In this document: one piece after another, positions 37,501 through 38,774 of the stretch
How positions within the stretch are numbered: position 1 is the stretch's first letter
How the letters are laid out: the number at the start of each line of letters is the position of its first letter
Assembly (NCBI RefSeq): GCF_000485595.1
Contig: NW_014577088.1
Location: forward strand, 385,810 to 424,583
Direction: 5' to 3'
DNA: 38,774 bases
DNA from: Priapulus caudatus
Lineage: Eukaryota
Position numbers and translations under genes: made by a program
Notes under the pieces: generated by a model
The model's database searches: none
Seen by the model: only the letters and a program-made list of their open reading frames with translations
Told to the model about the DNA's origin: nothing

Positions 37501-38774
37501 GCCTAGTGCGCAGTAAAATAACATTGTAAAAAAAACCAATGTAGCCGGATGAAAGCGCGTGCTGTTATGGGGGGGGCGAGGGGGGGGGGCGTGGGGGCGG
37601 GGGGGGGAGGGTTGGGGGGGAACGGTGTATAGCGAGGCGGCGTGGAATATAATCCTAATTCTATGCATAGTTTATAGATAGCACCGCGAAGTATTTCCTT
37701 TTAAAACCGCTAGAGATGCCAAGTTTTCAGGCACCCTTCAAATTTGGACGTAGGGCGTTAACCCAAGATAGCCGCAGAGTCTGGCCACTCCTTCCGCGAT
37801 TTTGGCCAGAATTTTTTACGGATTTTAGCCTGGTAATGCCGCCACTTACGAGTTCACTCACCATTTTAGCAAGGCGATTGGCGGAGCCGTAAGTACAACG
37901 AGCTGGTCATTAGTCTAAGGTGGAGATTCCGACGCAATGAATTCGTGTAGAGGTGAATTATTTGTTGCTTCTCCCGTCCCGGTGTGGACCTTGTCGTTGT
38001 CCCCGCTCCGGATATTTCGCCGATCTCCCTCAAATGCGCGACGCCTTGTCGCGCTAGGTGTAGGTAAACACTGCCAGCTCATGTTATCGGAAGGGATTCT
38101 ATCTTGGCAGCATGCGATCCACTTTGGAATACAAGTAGAATGCTCAAAAATGAATTGGCCATTCTCAGCCGCAGTTGCGAGGACCTATAAGAACGAGCAG
38201 TACCAATATGCCGATTGATCGCTAAAAGTATTATAATTGTGACATGTCAATCATAAATGGCTTAGGGTATAGAAGCAGCCACAGACTCGATGCCTGATAA
38301 TCATGCTAAATATGTAAAACAAAATTTATGATATAGTAACCGCGTCATTTCATAAGAAGTACGATCTGTGTGAAAATAAATAGGCGTCTAATACGTAGTT
38401 TCCGCACTATTTTATGCGTACACCTATATAACATAGTAGTGAGTGCCTAAATATAGAATCAAAGCAAGGGCCACATAAAGCTTAAGTGTACACAAAGTTT
38501 GTTTGTTTTAATGTTATACATCTGGAAGGCGCAGGTCTATTAATTAGGCTATGTGGCATGGCCAAGGTTCTTTCATGAACAATGTGTATAATATGTTTAA
38601 TATATCTGTAATACTGTGTTACACCCATAAGTATATTTTTGTTTCGTCGCAACTTCACGTGTACTGGTAAAAAGTCATTATTGGGATGCCACGTAGCGGC
38701 CCCCTGCCTACTAATTTATGGGCTTACGATGTACATGGCAGACATAGAACCGCGCCCGCCGCGCACCCATCAAA

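Overview
Animal genomic DNA with spliceosomal introns, three N-gaps and many microsatellites. It is probably a non-insect ecdysozoan (for example priapulid-like); this is inferred from an arthropod-type E75 sequence and is not proven. Three protein-coding genes can be reconstructed exon by exon. (1) The last three exons of the Obg-family GTPase GTPBP10 (+, <1-1131). (2) A complete ACMSD (-, 4160-15314, 9 core exons, 339 aa), with two further upstream in-frame exons (17221-17276, 15576-15611) that would add a signal-peptide-like N-terminus. (3) The 3' five exons of the heme-binding nuclear receptor E75/NR1D (-, 21510-32746); the first zinc-finger exon lies outside the window. Non-coding DNA holds several non-autonomous DNA transposons, including fold-back MITEs, a 42-bp TIR-only element, a nested pair and Helitron/Helentron-type pieces. 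Two inverted duplications sit next to assembly gaps and may be artefacts. E75 introns carry ecdysone-response-like elements and candidate alternative first exons. No prokaryotic-type system such as CRISPR is present.
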